Assembly (NCBI GenBank): GCA_944372505.1
Contig: CALVZK010000001.1
Span: forward strand, 213,687-277,686
Direction of reading: 5' to 3'
DNA length: 64,000 nt
Source of the DNA: an uncultured Clostridia bacterium
GTDB lineage: Bacteria; Bacillota; Clostridia; Christensenellales; UBA1242
Shown: in pieces, positions 48,949 through 59,598 of the stretch
How the letters are laid out: the number at the start of each line of letters is the position of its first letter
How positions within the stretch are numbered: the first letter of the stretch is position 1
Made by a program: the position numbers and the translations under genes
Notes under the pieces: model-generated
What the model saw: the letters and a program-made list of their open reading frames with translations, nothing else
Database searches by the model: none
What the model was told of the DNA's origin: nothing

Positions 48949-49156
48949 ATTGCACCGCCTTTTCAAGAGAGCAGTGTTTTACGAATTTTAAGTTGCAAAG
49001 TTTGTTTTTATCAATTTCAAATAGTAAAACAAAAATACCCCAAAGTCTTTGTTGTCTTGATAGTGCAACATTTGCTTTTGGGGTATTTGGTTTGTATTTA
49101 CCCCCAACAATTCTTGCAAAACAACTTGCTTTTCTTGTTATGGGGGAAATTAAGTT

Positions 49157-49233
49157 TGGTTGCGGGAGTTGGATTTGAACCAACGACCTTCGGGTTATGA
49201 GCCCGACGAGCTTCCGAGCTGCTCTATCCCGCG
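49157..49233 (-). tRNA. initiator-type tRNA-Met (anticodon CAT), CCA encoded
   Basis: Hand fold shows a C1:A72 mismatch, three G:C pairs closing the anticodon stem (TCGGG-CTCATAA-CCCGA) and T-arm GTTGG-TTCAAAT-CCAAC. Confidence 0.88.
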
Positions 49234-49374
49234 ATAAGTTTACTTTAATAGTATATTCTCTTAACTAACTTTTGTCAATACTTTTCATAAAATTTTTTTT
49301 CTAACTTTATATATGTTATTCTAAAAATATATTATTATTCTATATTAAAAAAATCACTTGAAAAGTGACTTTCT

Positions 49375-50040
49375 TTAGTAAAAATAAATTGACACAATAA
49401 AACAAATTATTGTTAACATTTCAAATAAATCTATTAATATTTGCTTACTTTTGCTTTCTTTTAGAAACTCTTGAACAATTTCGCTACTTAAAATTATTAC
49501 ACTTGCTACCATTATAATTATAGCGCTTGCTAAATGATTTGAAGTAAATAGACCGCTTATAGCAAAACCAATCAAAATTCCCACAAATGTGTATTTGAAC
49601 AAACTTAATAAACTTTTTGTAAGACTTTCTCCCCTCTTAATAGCCCAAACTAAAAGACCCAATGCTATTCCTAATAATAATCCGCCGCCTGCAGCAAAAT
49701 AATTAAATGTAGATAATGATAGAGTGGAAACAGCAAATGACGCAATTACTAATATATCTATTATTCCTTTATAAATTAATCTAGTTTTTTCTTTTTCTAT
49801 TCTATTTGAAAATTCCAACATTCTAATTAAATTTAAAACAATTGCTATTGTCACAAATAACGATAAGGCATTAATTGTTACTTTTAAGTTAGTTGTTACT
49901 AGTGCAAATACTACATAAGAAAGCATTGTTAATGCTCTTACTACTACTCCCTTCCAATCCTCTTTATTGTCAAACAAGCAATTGAGTATTCCCATTAATA
50001 AACTTACTAAACCTAAACTTATAAATGCTATCAATATCAT
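49375..50040 (-). CDS. polytopic membrane protein (YhhN-like?)
   Basis: About 7 hydrophobic helices. Family assignment is tentative. Confidence 0.6.
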   Translation of the reverse strand: MILIAFISLGLVSLLMGILNCLFDNKEDWKGVVVRALTMLSYVVFALVTTNLKVTINALSLFVTIAIVLNLIRMLEFSNRIEKEKTRLIYKGIIDILVIASFAVSTLSLSTFNYFAAGGGLLLGIALGLLVWAIKRGESLTKSLLSLFKYTFVGILIGFAISGLFTSNHLASAIIIMVASVIILSSEIVQEFLKESKSKQILIDLFEMLTIICFIVSIYFY

Positions 50041-50116
50041 AATATTATTTTAACCCAATTTTTTAATAAAACAAAACAATTTAAATATTTTTTTATTATT
50101 TGTCAAAAATAATTCT

Positions 50117-50698
50117 ATGAACTGGAAAATATCTATTTATCATTTTATAAAAGATGTAATGCTTTATATTAGTGCTTTTGTCCCTATGTATTTTTTGATT
50201 TTAATCAAGTTATTTATTGAACTATCTTCAAATAACTTAAAATTTAATGCTTTATTTATTATTTATCTTGCATCTTTATTGTTATTTATTGTACTTGGTA
50301 TATTGGGTTTAATCATAAACACTATTTTTTCAAATGATATAACAAAACAAATATTAATCTTAAATAAAAAGAATATTACAGATAAACATTTTTTAGGATA
50401 CTTTTCTTTATTTGTACTTTTTGCACTGCAACTCAACTTATCTTTAGTAAGTAGCTATATTTTGTTCCTTTTTATTCTATTTTTTATTGGTATTGTATAT
50501 TTAAATAATTCCTTATTTTATATCAACCCCTTATTAAATATATTAGGATATAATTTTTATGATATAATATATTGCGAAGAAAATAATGATAAAAAAATTG
50601 AAGCAAAATTCTTTTACAAAGGTGAACTAAAAGAGAATTGTTATTATCAAGTAATTTTTAAAAATCAACACTTCTCTTTTATTAAAAAAAATAACTAA
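50117..50698 (+). CDS. polytopic membrane protein, hypothetical
   Basis: Four to five hydrophobic helices. No recognised motif. Confidence 0.55.
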   Translation: MNWKISIYHFIKDVMLYISAFVPMYFLILIKLFIELSSNNLKFNALFIIYLASLLLFIVLGILGLIINTIFSNDITKQILILNKKNITDKHFLGYFSLFVLFALQLNLSLVSSYILFLFILFFIGIVYLNNSLFYINPLLNILGYNFYDIIYCEENNDKKIEAKFFYKGELKENCYYQVIFKNQHFSFIKKNN

Positions 50699-50750
50699 AA
50701 AAATCTTTTTTTATATTTACAAATATGTATAATATATATAGAAGAAATTC

Positions 50751-51383
50751 ATGACAAATAAATATTTTTTTGATTATAATTTTTATAATATTGAATCAAA
50801 TAAGTCTTTTGATAAAAAAAATTTAACTTTAATTAATAATTTTAAATCATTTCAACAAACACAAGATAACACATGTGCTCCTGCCTGTGTAAAAATGATT
50901 TTAGATTATATAACAGACTATAAATTAAACTTTGATGAAATGAAGTTGGCAAAAGATTTGCATACAAGACCATTTCCTTATGGTACTAAACTTAAAAATA
51001 TATATAATTTTTTTAAAAAAAACGAAAATAAATATCATTATAAGACAATCGCTAGTATAGATTTAGTAAATCAAAAAAAACATTGTTTTAACTGTTTTGA
51101 AGATTTTAAAGAATTCGTTATTACTAACTTAAAATCCAATTCCCCTATATTAGTAGAAAATATTGATTATGGTGGTCATTATAAAATCATAATTGGATAT
51201 GATCAATCTGACGAAAATGTAGAAAACGATGTTTTAATTTTTGCAGATCCCTACTCAAATAATGAAAATGGTTATAACTACTTTTATGCAGATAGATTTT
51301 TTTACATGTGGTTTGATGACCACTGTATAGAAAAAAAATATAGAAAACAACCTTTTATTTTAATAAAAAAGCAGATTAGTTAA
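50751..51383 (+). CDS. C39-like papain-fold cysteine peptidase domain protein
   Basis: QQTQDNTCAPACVKMIL (Gln/Cys), GGHYKIIIGYD (His) and IFADP (Asp) match the C39-like catalytic layout. No signal peptide. Confidence 0.6.
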   Translation: MTNKYFFDYNFYNIESNKSFDKKNLTLINNFKSFQQTQDNTCAPACVKMILDYITDYKLNFDEMKLAKDLHTRPFPYGTKLKNIYNFFKKNENKYHYKTIASIDLVNQKKHCFNCFEDFKEFVITNLKSNSPILVENIDYGGHYKIIIGYDQSDENVENDVLIFADPYSNNENGYNYFYADRFFYMWFDDHCIEKKYRKQPFILIKKQIS

Positions 51384-52018
51384 TCTGCTTTTTCTTCTTC
51401 ACTACTTTCTTTCTCTTTTTCTTTTATTTCAACCTGTTCGATCTCATGTTCTAATATTTGTTCCTTCTTAAATAACCCTTTAAATTTATTTGAAATTTTA
51501 TTTATCAACTTGTCATTAAAAACAATAAACTTATCCCAAAAAAATTCAGTTATAAAATTTAAAACCATCATTATAAATGTCACAAGTGTACCATTCCAAC
51601 CTATCTGTTCAAGAGCATTTCCTCCAAATGTTGAAACTGGTATAAACATAGCATAATAAATTATTACTATCGTCATCGCAAGCGGAACATTTGAAGCAGC
51701 CTTAAAGGTAAATTTTCTATTAAATGTAAAATTCCAAATTACTGATAAAGTTATACTTATTAAATATGCTGGCCACCATGCTAAACATTTTGTCCAAGTA
51801 TAAAATAATTCAAAAGATAATAATTGAATCACTCCTGCAGATATCGAAAATGCTAAAAATTTAAGGAATTGAAAAAATTGTTGTTTTTTAGTTAATAAAA
51901 TTTCTTCGTTCCCCTTTTTATCATTTGAATTCTTTTTTTCTTTTTCAACCATATTATTATTTTGAATTAGATTGTCTTTTTCTTGTATTTTTTCACCTTT
52001 AAATTCTTTTTTTGCCAT
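51380..52018 (-). CDS. GtrA-family membrane protein with K/E-rich N-terminal extension
   Basis: FLKFLAFSISAGVIQLLSFELFY and four TM helices typical of GtrA. Confidence 0.7.
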   Translation of the reverse strand: MAKKEFKGEKIQEKDNLIQNNNMVEKEKKNSNDKKGNEEILLTKKQQFFQFLKFLAFSISAGVIQLLSFELFYTWTKCLAWWPAYLISITLSVIWNFTFNRKFTFKAASNVPLAMTIVIIYYAMFIPVSTFGGNALEQIGWNGTLVTFIMMVLNFITEFFWDKFIVFNDKLINKISNKFKGLFKKEQILEHEIEQVEIKEKEKESSEEEKAD

Positions 52019-52247
52019 TTATATACCTCGCTAAGATTATGATATTATATCATACATGCTGTAATTTGTAAATAAAACGCTCTATTTTCCGCAATTTAAG
52101 TTTTCACGACCAATTTATCAATTCAAAAAAATAACTAATCTAGGTCTTGTTTTTTTATAAATCACTTGCATTTTTTCTTTCTTATATATATAATATATAT
52201 ATAATATATAATATATATAATAGAGGTTTTATTTAGCAGGAGTTTAT

Positions 52248-54191
52248 ATGGAAAATCAAGAATTAGAAATTGGTAAAAGTGTCAAATACGACGAAAGTGA
52301 TATTCAAGTGTTGGAAGGACTTGAACCCGTTAGAAAACGTCCTGGAATGTATATTGGTTCTACTGATGAGCACGGCTTGCATCATCTTGTTACAGAAGTT
52401 GTCGACAACTCAATTGATGAAGCACTTGCGGGATATTGTACTAAAATTGAAGTTGTAATAAACTTTGATGGTTCTTGTTCTGTTATTGATAATGGTAGAG
52501 GTATTCCTACCGGAATTATTCCTAAAGAAGGAAAAAGCGCTGTAGAAGTGGTTTTAACAAAACTTCATGCCGGTGGCAAATTTGGAGGTGAAGGATACAA
52601 AATTTCTGGCGGACTTCATGGTGTCGGTGTTTCCTGTGTTAACGCTTTGTCAAAATATATGCGTGCTGATGTTTATCAAAATAATCAACATTATAAAATA
52701 GAATTTTCTAGGGGTATAGCTATTACTCCTCTTGAAATCATAGGCTCTACTGACAAGAGAGGGACTACAATCACCTTCTTACCAGATGAAGAAATTTTTG
52801 AAACTTGCAATTTTAATTTTGATACAATGAAAAATCGCTTTAGAGAAATTGCCTTTTTAAATAAAGGTCTTGTTATTTCTCTTGAAGATAAAAGAGAGGG
52901 ACAAGAAAGAAAAGAAGTATTTGAGTTCAAAGGTGGAATTATTGAATTTGTAGATTATTTGAATAAAAATAGAGAAACACTATTGTCTGCTCCAGTTTAC
53001 TTTAATAAATTTAATAAAGATTCTAAAGGTGATGTCGAAAATGAGGTTGAAGTTTGTCTTCAATTCAATGAAGGTTATAGCGAAATAATTAATGCTTATG
53101 CTAATAACATTAACACAGAAGAAGGTGGAACTCATTTAGATGGTTTCAAATCTGGTCTAACTAAAGTTATAAATGATTATGCAATAAAAAATAAAATTAT
53201 AAAAGATAATGAAAAACTTTCTGGAGAAGATTGCCGTGAAGGAATAACTGCTGTTATTTCTGTAAAATTAAAAAATCCTCAGTTTGAAGGTCAAACAAAA
53301 ACTAAACTTGGCAATAGTGAAATGAGAAACATCGTTTATAAAGCAATGGTAGATGAATTTGGTGACTATTTAGATCAACATCCTAATGAAGCACGTAACT
53401 TGATAATGAAAAGTATTACAGCTCAACGTGCTAGAGATGCTGCTAGAAATGCTAGAGAGTTAACTAGACGAAAAAGTGTATTAGAAAACACTACCCTTCC
53501 AGGCAAACTTGCTGATTGTAGTGAAAAAGATCGTAGATTTTGCGAAATTTACATTGTAGAAGGCGATTCTGCCGGCGGTACAGCTAAAACAGGTAGAGAT
53601 AGACGTTTTCAAGCTATTTTGCCTTTAAGGGGCAAAATTTTAAATGTAGAGAAGGCTCGACTTAATAAAATTTTAGAAAACAATGAAATTAAATCAATGA
53701 TAACTGCCTTTGGCTGTGGTATTGGAAGCGAATTTAACGAAGATAAACTTAGATATGATAAAATCATTTGTATGACTGATGCCGATGTTGACGGAGCTCA
53801 TATTAGAATTTTATTGCTTACTTTCTTCTTTAGATATATGAGACCTTTAATAGAACATGGACATGTTTATGCTGCCAAACCACCTTTATATAAAGTTACA
53901 AAAAATAAGGACGAATACTATTTCTATTCTGACCAAGAACTTGAAGATTGGTATCAAGCTAATGGTAGAAAAGGATGTAATCAACAAAGATATAAAGGTC
54001 TTGGAGAAATGGATGCTGATCAACTTTGGGAAACTACTATGGATCCCGAACACAGAATTTTAATTCAGTTAACTATGGAAGATGCTATTGAAGCAGAAAA
54101 ATATTTTAATGATCTCATGGGAGAAGATAGCGAATTAAGACGTAAATTTATTGAAGATAATGCAACACTTGTAACTGATCTTGACATATAA
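52248..54191 (+). CDS. gyrB: DNA gyrase subunit B
   Basis: LEGLEPVRKRPGMYIG, GHKL ATPase, Toprim EIYIVEGDSAGG and PLRGKILNVEKA. Confidence 0.97.
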   Translation: MENQELEIGKSVKYDESDIQVLEGLEPVRKRPGMYIGSTDEHGLHHLVTEVVDNSIDEALAGYCTKIEVVINFDGSCSVIDNGRGIPTGIIPKEGKSAVEVVLTKLHAGGKFGGEGYKISGGLHGVGVSCVNALSKYMRADVYQNNQHYKIEFSRGIAITPLEIIGSTDKRGTTITFLPDEEIFETCNFNFDTMKNRFREIAFLNKGLVISLEDKREGQERKEVFEFKGGIIEFVDYLNKNRETLLSAPVYFNKFNKDSKGDVENEVEVCLQFNEGYSEIINAYANNINTEEGGTHLDGFKSGLTKVINDYAIKNKIIKDNEKLSGEDCREGITAVISVKLKNPQFEGQTKTKLGNSEMRNIVYKAMVDEFGDYLDQHPNEARNLIMKSITAQRARDAARNARELTRRKSVLENTTLPGKLADCSEKDRRFCEIYIVEGDSAGGTAKTGRDRRFQAILPLRGKILNVEKARLNKILENNEIKSMITAFGCGIGSEFNEDKLRYDKIICMTDADVDGAHIRILLLTFFFRYMRPLIEHGHVYAAKPPLYKVTKNKDEYYFYSDQELEDWYQANGRKGCNQQRYKGLGEMDADQLWETTMDPEHRILIQLTMEDAIEAEKYFNDLMGEDSELRRKFIEDNATLVTDLDI

Positions 54192-54220
54192 AAATTTAAT
54201 TTAAAGGATTAATATTAAGT

Positions 54221-54559
54221 ATGTTAAATAAAAAATTTTATAATGAAACATATGATAAATTTTTAAAAACTTATGGACAAGAAAGTGAAATGCGACTTTG
54301 CATAGAAGAAATGAGTGAACTTACTAAAGAACTTTGTAAATACATTCGTTATTCAAAAAATTCAAAAAGTGATGAAAACGATAAAAATCTTTCTTTAATT
54401 AAAAACAACATTATTGAAGAAACTGCTGATGTATTAATTTGTGCTGAACAAATAAAAAGAATTTTCGGAGAAAAACAAGTTGCTGCAATGATGGATTATA
54501 AAATTCAACGAGGAAGAAAAATAGTAGATGAGGATATAAAAAACGCAAATGGGAGATAA
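54221..54559 (+). CDS. MazG-like all-alpha NTP pyrophosphohydrolase domain protein
   Basis: [12 protein letters not shown] and [15 protein letters not shown] give the paired EExxE / EExxD metal-binding helices. Confidence 0.6.
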   Translation: MLNKKFYNETYDKFLKTYGQESEMRLCIEEMSELTKELCKYIRYSKNSKSDENDKNLSLIKNNIIEETADVLICAEQIKRIFGEKQVAAMMDYKIQRGRKIVDEDIKNANGR

Positions 54560-54561
54560 AT

Positions 54562-57060
54562 ATGGATAAACATGAAAGCAAAAAATCTTTAGAAGAAATA
54601 TTTAAAGATACAAAGATTGAAAAAGTAGATACTGTAGACAACCTTAAGAAATCATTTATTTCTTATGCTATGGCTGTTAATGTTTCTCGTGCAATTCCTG
54701 ACGTAAGAGATGGATTAAAACCAGTTCATAGACGTATTCTCTATGCTATGGGCGAAATGAATAATTTTTATGACAAACCAACTAAAAAATGTGCTAGAAT
54801 TGTCGGTGATGTTATGGGTAAATATCACCCACATGGAGATAGTTCTGTATATGATGCCATGGTTAGATTAGCACAAGATTTTTCTATTCGATATCCTCTC
54901 GTTGACGGGCAAGGAAATTTTGGCTCTGTAGATGGAGATCCTCCTGCTGCAATGCGTTATACTGAGGCAAGGCTTTCTAAAATTGCAGGTCTAATGCTAG
55001 AAGACATTGACAAAGAAACTGTCGACTTTTATCCAAACTTTGATAATACTTTAGAGCAACCTAATGTATTACCTTCAAAAATTCCCAATCTTTTAATTAA
55101 TGGTGCTGATGGTATCGCTGTTGGTATGGCAACAAATATTCCTCCTCATAATCTCACAGAGGTTCTAAATGCCCTGCAGGCATTAATTGATAATCCTGAA
55201 ATAGATATTGATGAACTGATAAAATATATCCCTGCTCCTGATTACCCTACTGGAGGGATTATTATGGGACGAGCTGCTGTTAAACATGCTTATAAAACTG
55301 GAAAAGGCGGTATTGTCGTTCGAGGTAAAGCCGAAATAGAAGAAACTAGCAGTGGTAAAAGTAGAATTATCATAACTGAATTACCTTACCAAGTTAATAA
55401 AGCACAATTAATTGTGCAAATTGCTGACCTTGTTAAAAATAAAAAGTTAGAAGGAATAAGCGATATCAAAGAAGAATCAGATAGACGTGGGATGAGAATT
55501 GTTATTGATATAAAAAAAGATTTTAATGCTCAAGTAGTTCTTAATTCCTTATATAAACAGACACAACTTCAAAAAGGTAGCGGAATTATTTTTCTGGCTC
55601 TTGTTGATGGACAGCCTAGAATTTTAAATTTGAAAGAGATGCTTTATTACTATCTTGAACACCAAAAAGAAGTTTTAACTCGTAAAACTCAATTTGATCT
55701 TAATAAAGCACTAGAACGTGAACATATTGTTCGTGGATTAGTTATCGCTCTTGCAAATATTGACGAAGTAATTAAAATTATTAAATCTTCAGAAGACAAA
55801 CAAGATGCAAGTATTAAACTTACTCAAAACTTTGAACTCGATGAAATACAAGCAAATGCCATACTCGAAATGAAATTATCTAGACTCACCTCTTTGGAAG
55901 TAGAAAAGTTAAATGATGAATTGAGAGAACTAGAAATCACTATAAATGATTTGAAGGACATTCTCGCTAGACCAGAAAGAGTTCTTCAAATTTTAAGAGA
56001 TAACTTTGAAGATATTAAAAATCAATATGGAGACGAGCGAAAAACTGAAATCAGTCTTGATGCAGGCGGAATTGATATTGCTGACCTTATTGAAAAAGAA
56101 GATGTTGTTGTTTCTATGACAAATCAAGGATTTATCAAACGCATGTCTATTAGCGAATATAAATCACAAAATAGAGGTGGCGTAGGAATAACTGCTCATA
56201 AAACAAAAGAAGAAGATTTCGTAAAATATATGTTTGTTACAAATACTCATGATGATCTTTTATTCTTTACTAATAAAGGTAAAGTTTATTGTATAAAAGC
56301 ATACGAAATTCCTGAAGCTCAAAGAACGGCTAAAGGTCGAGCTGTTATAAATTTACTCATGCTCTCTGACGGTGAAAAAGTAACAACAATTATACCTAGA
56401 AAAAATAATGAAGGTAACCTTATAATGGCTACTAGAAACGGGCTAATCAAAAAAACAAAACTCGAAGAATTTAATTCTATCAGAAAAGTAGGAAAAATTG
56501 CCATACGACTTATCGAAGGAGATGAACTAATTGGTGTTGAAGTATCAAATGGTAACAACGACATTTTAATAGCTTCTCATAATGGTAAGTGCATTAGATT
56601 TAATGAAAAAGATGTAAGAAACATGGGTAGAGATAGTCAAGGCGTGAGAAGTTTAAAACTACAAAATGAAGACTTTATTGTAGATATGACTATTGTAAAA
56701 GAAGACTCTCAAATTATAACGATCAGCGAAAATGGATATGGCAAAAGGTCGAATGTTGAAGAATATAGACTTCAAGGTCGTGGAGGTATGGGAGTAAAAG
56801 CTGGTATTTTCAATAATAAAACAGGTCCACTCGCAGCTTTGAAACAATCTTTTGAAGATGAGGACATATTATTGATTGCTGACAACGGGGTTATAATTAG
56901 AACACCTGTAAACCAAATAAGCGCTCTTTCTAGAGTAAGCCAAGGTGTTAAAGTGATGAAACTTAAAACAGATAACAAAATTGTTGGAGTCGCTTTAGTC
57001 AAAAAAGAAGAAAAACCAGAAGAAACATTAAATTTAAAAGATGAAAATTCTGCACAATAG
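54562..57060 (+). CDS. gyrA: DNA gyrase subunit A
   Basis: [29 protein letters not shown] (catalytic Tyr) and C-terminal beta-pinwheel repeats. Confidence 0.97.
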   Translation: MDKHESKKSLEEIFKDTKIEKVDTVDNLKKSFISYAMAVNVSRAIPDVRDGLKPVHRRILYAMGEMNNFYDKPTKKCARIVGDVMGKYHPHGDSSVYDAMVRLAQDFSIRYPLVDGQGNFGSVDGDPPAAMRYTEARLSKIAGLMLEDIDKETVDFYPNFDNTLEQPNVLPSKIPNLLINGADGIAVGMATNIPPHNLTEVLNALQALIDNPEIDIDELIKYIPAPDYPTGGIIMGRAAVKHAYKTGKGGIVVRGKAEIEETSSGKSRIIITELPYQVNKAQLIVQIADLVKNKKLEGISDIKEESDRRGMRIVIDIKKDFNAQVVLNSLYKQTQLQKGSGIIFLALVDGQPRILNLKEMLYYYLEHQKEVLTRKTQFDLNKALEREHIVRGLVIALANIDEVIKIIKSSEDKQDASIKLTQNFELDEIQANAILEMKLSRLTSLEVEKLNDELRELEITINDLKDILARPERVLQILRDNFEDIKNQYGDERKTEISLDAGGIDIADLIEKEDVVVSMTNQGFIKRMSISEYKSQNRGGVGITAHKTKEEDFVKYMFVTNTHDDLLFFTNKGKVYCIKAYEIPEAQRTAKGRAVINLLMLSDGEKVTTIIPRKNNEGNLIMATRNGLIKKTKLEEFNSIRKVGKIAIRLIEGDELIGVEVSNGNNDILIASHNGKCIRFNEKDVRNMGRDSQGVRSLKLQNEDFIVDMTIVKEDSQIITISENGYGKRSNVEEYRLQGRGGMGVKAGIFNNKTGPLAALKQSFEDEDILLIADNGVIIRTPVNQISALSRVSQGVKVMKLKTDNKIVGVALVKKEEKPEETLNLKDENSAQ

Positions 57061-57252
57061 CAAAATAATTTGACAAAAATTGATAAAAATGATATCCTTA
57101 ACAATCAAGAATGAAAACAACATTTGATGCAGAAGTTTTTACTAAATTTTTCATTTTATTTTAAAACTGTGAAGAAAATTCGACTGCATTGTTTTAATTG
57201 TAATTTGGACTTTGCAATAAAATTTACTTCACGGTTTTTTAGGGAGGGCTAT

Positions 57253-59319
57253 ATGGCACAAATGAATGAAAAAGAATATCTTAAAAAAACAATAAAAATT
57301 TTAAATGATAAAATTTCTTTAAATTCACAAAAATTAAAAAATACCAAAGAAGAATTTGAAAATAGAAAAAAAGAACTATCTCAAAATTTTTCAGATCTTT
57401 CTAGAGGTGGAGATCTATCTGACGCCTATAGCAATTTAACAGATTATCAAAAAATCGAAGAAATAATTGAAAAGGAAAATTCAAGATTAAATAATCAAAA
57501 GTCTACCCCATATTTTGCAAGAATTGACTTCTGCCCTAAAAATAAAATTAAATCACAAAAAATTTATATAGGACTTGGTAATGTTATCAAAGATAACAAA
57601 GTTTATGTTGCAGACTGGCGTGCTCCAATTTGCTCTATGTATTATGATTTTTCTTTAGGTCCTGTATCCTTCACAATAGACAAAAAACAATATAATGGTC
57701 AAATGACATTGAAAAGACAGTATAAAATAGAAAATGGTCAACTTTTATCATATTTTGATACTGATTTAACAATAAATGATGAAATATTACAAGAAATTTT
57801 ATCACATAATGTTACAACTAAAATGAAACAAATCGTTTCGTCTATACAAAAAGAACAAAATACCATTGTAAGAAATGACTTAAATGAAAACATGCTGGTT
57901 CAAGGTATTGCGGGTTCAGGAAAAACTTCTATTGCTTTGCATCGTGCAGCTTTCTTGTTGTATAAATATCGTAATCAAATAAAAAGTAGTGATATTTTAA
58001 TTATTTCACCTAATAATATTTTTTCAAGTTATATTTCTGATGTTCTTCCTCAATTAGGAGAAGATAATCTAGTAGAAACAACATTTGCTCAAATTGCTAG
58101 AACAGAATTAAAACGTCCTATTCAAACAAGAGAAGATATGCTTGATGAAATAGCAACTTCTCCTAAACAAGAAGATTTAAACGAAATTTCTTATAAATCT
58201 TCCTATGAATATCTAGATAGTCTTTTAAGATTCTTAAAAGGTCCTTTTTTGGAAACATTTTCCCCTTGCGATTTAAGTTATATAGTAAAAGAAGACAATG
58301 AAGGAAATAAAGAAACTATAGATTTTCCTGCGGAACAAACTAAAGAACTTTTTTTTAAAACTTTCAAAGGACTAGACTTATATGAAAGAATAAATAAAAT
58401 AGCATGGCAATATGCAATGGTATTTACAGAAGAAAGACATTATACAAAAAGTCAGAATGCTGGCTTAAAAGAACGATTTAAAAAAATATTATATTCTTTT
58501 TTACCTATTAAAGATGTTGAAAAAATTCATCAAATTTTTATGGCTCGTGAAAATTTAAAATCCTATAAGGGCAACACAATTAAATATATGGATAAGGGAA
58601 CATATCTTGCAATAAAATATTATTTGTATGGATTTGATCATGATTTTTCTGCCAAATATTTAATTATAGATGAAATGCAAGATTTTACACCGGTAGATAT
58701 TTATATATTTAAAAAATTATGGTCCTGCCCTTGTATTGTTGTTGGAGATGTTAATCAAAGTATCGAAAAAAATGTAACTAACGATTATTTACAAATTACT
58801 GCTGACTTTTTAGGTTGCTCTCTTGTAGAATTAAACAAAACTTATCGTTCTACAAAACAAATAGCAAAATTCGCAAATGAAATGATAGGAATAAAAGATA
58901 TAGATTATGTAAATAGAAATGGGGAAGAGCCTTGTATATATCATTCAAAAAATCAAGCAAAAACGATTGCAAATATTATTCAAACTAAATGTCCAACTTT
59001 TGAACATATTGCTATAATATGTAAATGCAACAATGAAGCAAAAAATATGTATGAAAAATTAAAGCCTTATTTAGATTGCAAAATTATTCGAGAGCCTGAA
59101 GATTATAATAATAGAATCCTTATAACCACATGTGCTACTGCTAAAGGAATAGAATTTGACGCTGTCATTATTCCAAATGCTTCATTTGATAATTATTCAA
59201 ATACTATAGACAAAAATATATTGTATGTTTCTTCAACTAGAGCATTGCATAAATTATATTTTACTACTGAAGATAAACCTTCTATTTTCATAAAAAATTT
59301 GCAAATTATTAAAGATTAA
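57253..59319 (+). CDS. helD: HelD-type UvrD-like helicase (RNA polymerase recycling factor-like)
   Basis: GGGAGGG SD then ATG 57253. N-terminal coiled coil, PYFARIDF, Walker A GIAGSGKTSIALHRAAFLLY, DEMQD, C-terminal AKGIEFDAV. Confidence 0.8.
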   Translation: MAQMNEKEYLKKTIKILNDKISLNSQKLKNTKEEFENRKKELSQNFSDLSRGGDLSDAYSNLTDYQKIEEIIEKENSRLNNQKSTPYFARIDFCPKNKIKSQKIYIGLGNVIKDNKVYVADWRAPICSMYYDFSLGPVSFTIDKKQYNGQMTLKRQYKIENGQLLSYFDTDLTINDEILQEILSHNVTTKMKQIVSSIQKEQNTIVRNDLNENMLVQGIAGSGKTSIALHRAAFLLYKYRNQIKSSDILIISPNNIFSSYISDVLPQLGEDNLVETTFAQIARTELKRPIQTREDMLDEIATSPKQEDLNEISYKSSYEYLDSLLRFLKGPFLETFSPCDLSYIVKEDNEGNKETIDFPAEQTKELFFKTFKGLDLYERINKIAWQYAMVFTEERHYTKSQNAGLKERFKKILYSFLPIKDVEKIHQIFMARENLKSYKGNTIKYMDKGTYLAIKYYLYGFDHDFSAKYLIIDEMQDFTPVDIYIFKKLWSCPCIVVGDVNQSIEKNVTNDYLQITADFLGCSLVELNKTYRSTKQIAKFANEMIGIKDIDYVNRNGEEPCIYHSKNQAKTIANIIQTKCPTFEHIAIICKCNNEAKNMYEKLKPYLDCKIIREPEDYNNRILITTCATAKGIEFDAVIIPNASFDNYSNTIDKNILYVSSTRALHKLYFTTEDKPSIFIKNLQIIKD

Positions 59320-59483
59320 TAATTATACAAATTTTAATAAAATACAACTAGAATTAGATGTAAAAAATGTGTTAATTAACTTAAACAAACAACTTAAAAA
59401 ATATTGTCAAATTTTTAAGATAATTATATAAAAAAAATTATTCGAAAAAAACATGAAAAATCGTCATTTCCTCTATATTTTAA

Positions 59484-59598
59484 TGTGGAAATGTGGATAA
59501 CTTGGGTGTATAACCCCTCTTTAGCGTCAAAAATCACCATTTTGCATAAAAATTAAATGATTTGCATAATTATTTATTTGTGGAAATGTGGATAACTT
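59484..59598. promoter_or_regulatory. DnaA-box cluster: two copies of TGTGGAAATGTGGATAACTT
   Basis: The 20-mer occurs at 59484-59503 and 59579-59598. Each holds a perfect box TGTGGATAA (rc TTATCCACA) preceded by a near-box TGTGGAAAT. A very AT-rich stretch follows. Confidence 0.65.

Larger units (their letters stand above)
44415..49156. mobile_element. small integrated element with large serine recombinase, abutting the 3' end of tRNA-fMet
   Basis: Carries a recombinase, a coupled small ORF, a GIY-YIG/T5orf172 protein, a putative DNA-binding/Rep-like protein and 11-bp-phased repeats. Visibly higher G+C than its flanks. The left boundary is uncertain. Confidence 0.6.

Noticed and set aside
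47766-49200. Several short ORFs (47766-48032 -, 48648-48857 -, 48907-49200 +, 48941-49183 -, 48993-49178 +), and the TTG-extended 255-aa version of the GIY-YIG gene.
   Set aside because: They overlap better-supported genes or the tRNA-fMet gene, lack SDs and have non-protein-like composition. The GIY-YIG domain starts right after ATG 47796.
52183-52222. (TA)n-rich low-complexity run (tatatatataatatatatataatatataatatatataata) upstream of gyrB.
   Set aside because: It probably reflects an AT-rich promoter or curved DNA. It has no defined repeat unit or protein-binding logic that I can support. It is noted only as a possible supercoiling-sensitive promoter element.
57169-57240. Long-range hairpin GTGAAGAAAATT...AAATTTACTTCAC followed by a T-run between gyrA and helD, considered as an attenuator for helD.
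   Set aside because: It is most simply the gyrA terminator. The loop is ~50 nt and I see no alternative antiterminator structure, so I am not reporting it as a regulatory finding.
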